Origin: an uncultured Acidimicrobiales bacterium
GTDB taxonomy: Bacteria > Actinomycetota > Acidimicrobiia > Acidimicrobiales > UBA10347
Reading direction: 5' to 3'
Assembly: GCA_943788915.1 (NCBI GenBank)
Contig: CALSSD010000008.1
Span: 1-64,000, forward strand
Length of the DNA: 64,000 bases
Below the pieces are notes generated by a model, which did not search any database, was not told the origin of the DNA, and worked only from the letters and a program-made list of their open reading frames with translations. The translations under genes and the position numbers were made by a program. Shown in pieces: positions 60,774-64,000 of the stretch; positions within the stretch are counted from its first letter, which is position 1; every line of letters begins with the position of its first letter.

Positions 60774-62967
60774 ATGACAGACCCACCCGGCACAGACACA
60801 CCCGGCACAGACCCACGCGACATTGTGCGCGAAGCGCAACGGTTGGCAGCAGAGGCCGCGTTCCTGTTGCAGGCACTGGCGTCTGCGGAGACCGCTGCCC
60901 AAGACGCTTACGGTCACATCGTTGAACCACAGGTTCAGGCCCGCCTTGCTGCGATGCCGATCGATGCGTTGCAGCAGGCGACCGAACGTGCGCTTCGAGT
61001 AGGCGCCGTCGAGGACGCTGGTCTGCGCACCGTGCTGTCCGTCCGCCAAGCCAGCCGCCACCAACTCGAAGCGATCAAGGGCGTCGGACCCAAAACGTCC
61101 GGCCAACTCATCGCCGCCGCTCACCAGTTGGAAGACGCCGTTCGCCGCTCGACCAAGGTCCGTTTCGACGTCGAAACCCAGCCTCCACAACACGCCGACC
61201 TGTTGCAGGCGCTCGGCTCGCTCGCAACCATCCAAGAAGCGGTCGACCCGATCCGCCCCCAGCTCGTGGCGCTTGCCAGCTCGATCAGTGCCGACTTGGA
61301 GACGGCCCGACTGCAGACACGACCTGTCCGCCGATTCTTCGCCGGGCGCCGTCGGAAAGAAGCCTCCCAGGCGGCCCTGCATCGACTCGCTCGCGTTGTC
61401 GACGCAACAACTACGACCGGTCTCGCAGCTCAGATCCAGGCGGCGAACGAAGCCGTCGATCGGAAGGCCAACGCCAGGCTTGACCTTTGGGCTGACTACC
61501 TGTCCCGGCCCATCTTCTACAACGGCGTGCTGGCCGAGCTCACCGGCGCCGCCGACACCGATGCAGCGCGAGGGTTCCTTCCGACCGAACTGGTGCAACG
61601 CATCAAAGCAGTAGAGCTCGACCAGAGCCTTCTCGATGTGTCCTTACGCGGCTACCAGGCATTTGGCGCCAAGTTCGCCTTGGCCCAGGTGCGCACCATC
61701 CTGGGAGACGAAATGGGCTTGGGTAAGACGATCCAAGCGCTCGCCGTGCTGTGCCATCTGCAAGCCAAGGGCTACAAACACTTCCTCGTGGTATGCCCGG
61801 CGAGTGTGCTGGCCAATTGGGAACACGAAACTGCTCGCCACACCCACCTCGACCGTGTCGTGCGACTCCATGGCCCCGACCGCGCCGCCAGCATCAAGGA
61901 CTGGGAACAACACGGAGGCGTCGCGATCACGACTTTCGGCACACTCAGCCGCATCGACGTACCAGCGATCGACGTGGCTGCCATCGTTGTCGACGAGGCC
62001 CACTACGTGAAGAACCCCGACGCCAAACGCACCCAAGCCCTGGAAAGGTGGCTGGTCACACCCAGTTACACGATGCTCATGAGCGGCACACCAATGGAGA
62101 ACCGGGTCGATGAGTTCAAAGCACTCGTGACCATGGTGCGACCCGACGTAGCCCGCAGCATCGACCCGAACGCTGGGCTCGCAGGCGCGGATGCATTCCG
62201 TAAGGCTGTGGCACCCGTCTACCTACGCAGGAATCAAGAAGACGTACTCGACGAGCTTCCCGACAAGATCGAGACTGACGAATGGATCACACTCGACGGC
62301 ATCTCGTTCGACACCTACCGCGAAGCTGTTGCCGGTGGGAACTTCATGGCCATGCGCCGGGCCGCGTTCATGACGCCGAATCCCGAGGACTCACCCAAAC
62401 TCTTCCGACTGCGCGAGATCGTGGCCGAGGCGGTTGCCAACGGGCGCAAGGTGATCGTGTTCTCCTACTTCCGAGACGTGCTCGACCGCACCGCCGACGC
62501 GCTCGGAGGCCAAGTCATCGGCCAGATCAACGGCACCGTTCCCGCCAGTGAGCGGCAAGCGCTCATCGACCGGTTCACCGAACATCTCGAGCCGTGTGTA
62601 CTCATCAGCCAGATCGAAGCAGGCGGAGTTGGCCTGAACATCCAAGCCGCGTCGTGGTGATCATCACCGAACCCAGTGGAAACCGAGCACCGAAGAGCAG
62701 GCGATCGCCCGCAGCCATCGCATGGGCCAGACCCGAACGGTCGACGTCCACCGCCTGCTCACCGAAGACAGCGTCGACGAACACATGGTCCAGGTTCTTG
62801 CCCGCAAGTCGGCACTGTTCGCCGACTACGCACGCGAGAGTCATCTACGAGACGCAGCGCCCGGCGCCATCGACATCACGAACCCAGACGCGATCGACGC
62901 AGCCATCTCGGACACCCAGAACGAAGCCGAAATCATCGCCACCGAACAACGTCGCCTGGGCATATGA
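60774..62967 (+). CDS. SNF2-family helicase (two apparent single-base deletions near 62655 and 62675)
   Basis: LRGYQ, DEMGLGKT, DEAH, SGTPMEN, GGVGLN; after correction EPQWKPSTEEQAIARSHRMGQ. Confidence 0.88.
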
Positions 62968-63005
62968 GCCTTGGGGTCTGAGCAGGGGCATCTGAGCACG
63001 ATGCT

Positions 63006-64000
63006 CTAGTGATCGTGGCGGTCGCGGTGTTGGTGAGTTGCGTGGTGCTCGGCCAGCACGTCGCGACCCCAGTCGTTGTCCAAGTCACGCCACACCGTGT
63101 GCACATGGTTCGCGTTGCGCACTGCGTTCTCATATTCGACCATCAACGATGCGCCTTGCAGCCGGTAATACATCGGATCACCCGTCTCGGTGCCTCCGGC
63201 CCAGAGGAAGTGCACGTCGTGCAGCCGATCGCCTGCATATTTAGCGGCCTGAGCGTCGGCTGCCTCGTCGGCAACCCGGCCTACATACAGGTCGAGTAGC
63301 GACCGCAGCATCTCGCGTTGCGGGTCATCCAGCGCGCTCGCTGGGATCCCCTTCGGCCGTCGGGAGAAGGCAAGATCTTGCACATGGGCGTCGGTCAAGC
63401 CGACAACGCCTCGGAAGTGGGCATCGGCGTTGGCCATGAAATTGTGCAGGCTCTCCTCGAGTCGGCCCCGCCACACGACCGGGATCGACAACATGGCATC
63501 ACCCTCTGTCAGGGTCGTGCGATTCGCTGTGACGATGTCGATCGGAGGTGCAGGCGAAAGTACCGTGAGCCGCCGCTGATCATCAGATAATGAGTGCACA
63601 AGGTCCCGGGCTAGATCTTCGATTCCACCCAGCGGCCGAAACGGATGGGGCCCAAGCAGTGGCGACGAAGCCGGGTCTGCCCCGAAGAAACATGGTGTGG
63701 TGCCAACGACGTCACCGTCGACGATGGTGAAGTGCAGCGAAATGTGATGGCCACCGAATCGCCACGCCCATGAATCATCGGCCGGATCGCCGAAGATGGC
63801 AATCCAATACAGCAGCGGATCGCGAGCCCGCTCTCGACCAAACGATTGGGACCAACCCTCGATCTGATCCAGCAGATTCTCGAGCGTCATGATCGCGTTG
63901 GCCGTGACATAGCCGGCATGTGACAGGCCGGTCGCCAGCAGCTTGTGGGTCAGTCGATGTTGCGTCGGCGACATCTCGAGCAGCGACAGGCCGCCATGAT
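63006..64000 (-). CDS. DUF3500 domain protein (5' end outside the window)
   Basis: RDPLLYW..FGDP..WAWRFGGHHISL, PCFFGADP, YYRLQG, NHVHTVWRD..NDWG. Confidence 0.88.
   Translation of the reverse strand, partial: HGGLSLLEMSPTQHRLTHKLLATGLSHAGYVTANAIMTLENLLDQIEGWSQSFGRERARDPLLYWIAIFGDPADDSWAWRFGGHHISLHFTIVDGDVVGTTPCFFGADPASSPLLGPHPFRPLGGIEDLARDLVHSLSDDQRRLTVLSPAPPIDIVTANRTTLTEGDAMLSIPVVWRGRLEESLHNFMANADAHFRGVVGLTDAHVQDLAFSRRPKGIPASALDDPQREMLRSLLDLYVGRVADEAADAQAAKYAGDRLHDVHFLWAGGTETGDPMYYRLQGASLMVEYENAVRNANHVHTVWRDLDNDWGRDVLAEHHATHQHRDRHDH

Noticed and set aside
600..62700. About ten single-base frameshifts (MFS, crotonase, UvrD, DUF2157, TauD, ketosynthase, APH, 2OG oxygenase, SNF2) as programmed frameshifting or true pseudogenes
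   Set aside because: They are scattered, often in short homopolymers, show no common slippery motif, and both halves keep intact motifs. Long-read indel error is the simplest explanation; read polishing would decide.
1..64000. CRISPR array, tRNA, rRNA, integrase or intact IS transposase
   Set aside because: No regularly spaced repeats, cloverleaf, rRNA-like stretch or DDE/tyrosine recombinase ORF was recognised.

Overview
High-GC (roughly 63-65% by eye) bacterial chromosomal window, most consistent with Actinomycetota, probably Acidimicrobiia. That placement is inferred from DUF222-HNH, SCO6745-like and mycothiol-enzyme genes, pervasive leaderless starts and an actinobacterial-type LexA box. 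About 55 CDS are supported. Most encode lipid/aromatic catabolic enzymes (acyl-CoA ligases and dehydrogenases, crotonase, MaoC, hydrolases, SMP-30), alongside three helicases (UvrD-HRDC, DUF488-RecQ, SNF2), two toxin-antitoxin loci and two DUF222-HNH endonuclease genes. About ten otherwise intact genes carry single-base frameshifts, probably long-read indel errors. Several other genes survive only as internally deleted relics. I saw no rRNA, tRNA, CRISPR array or intact transposase. Main hunt results: (1) a recurrent YTGTCACAS-N8-(-10) promoter motif resembling the PafBC/RecA-NDp DNA-damage promoter, found six times in a 29.8-41 kb accessory island; (2) a divergent sigma-like + HTH / vWA module driven by two back-to-back copies of that motif; (3) two DUF222-HNH genes, one behind a sigmaA promoter with a LexA box and a highly structured 5' leader; (4) a DUF488-RecQ fusion; (5) a coupled HpaB-like/ACAD/two-ligase/ketosynthase operon with no ACP; (6) an unannotated small ORF behind a DosR-like box; (7) a structured leader or sRNA behind a probable TetR-controlled promoter. 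All family calls come from motif recognition by eye, not database searches.
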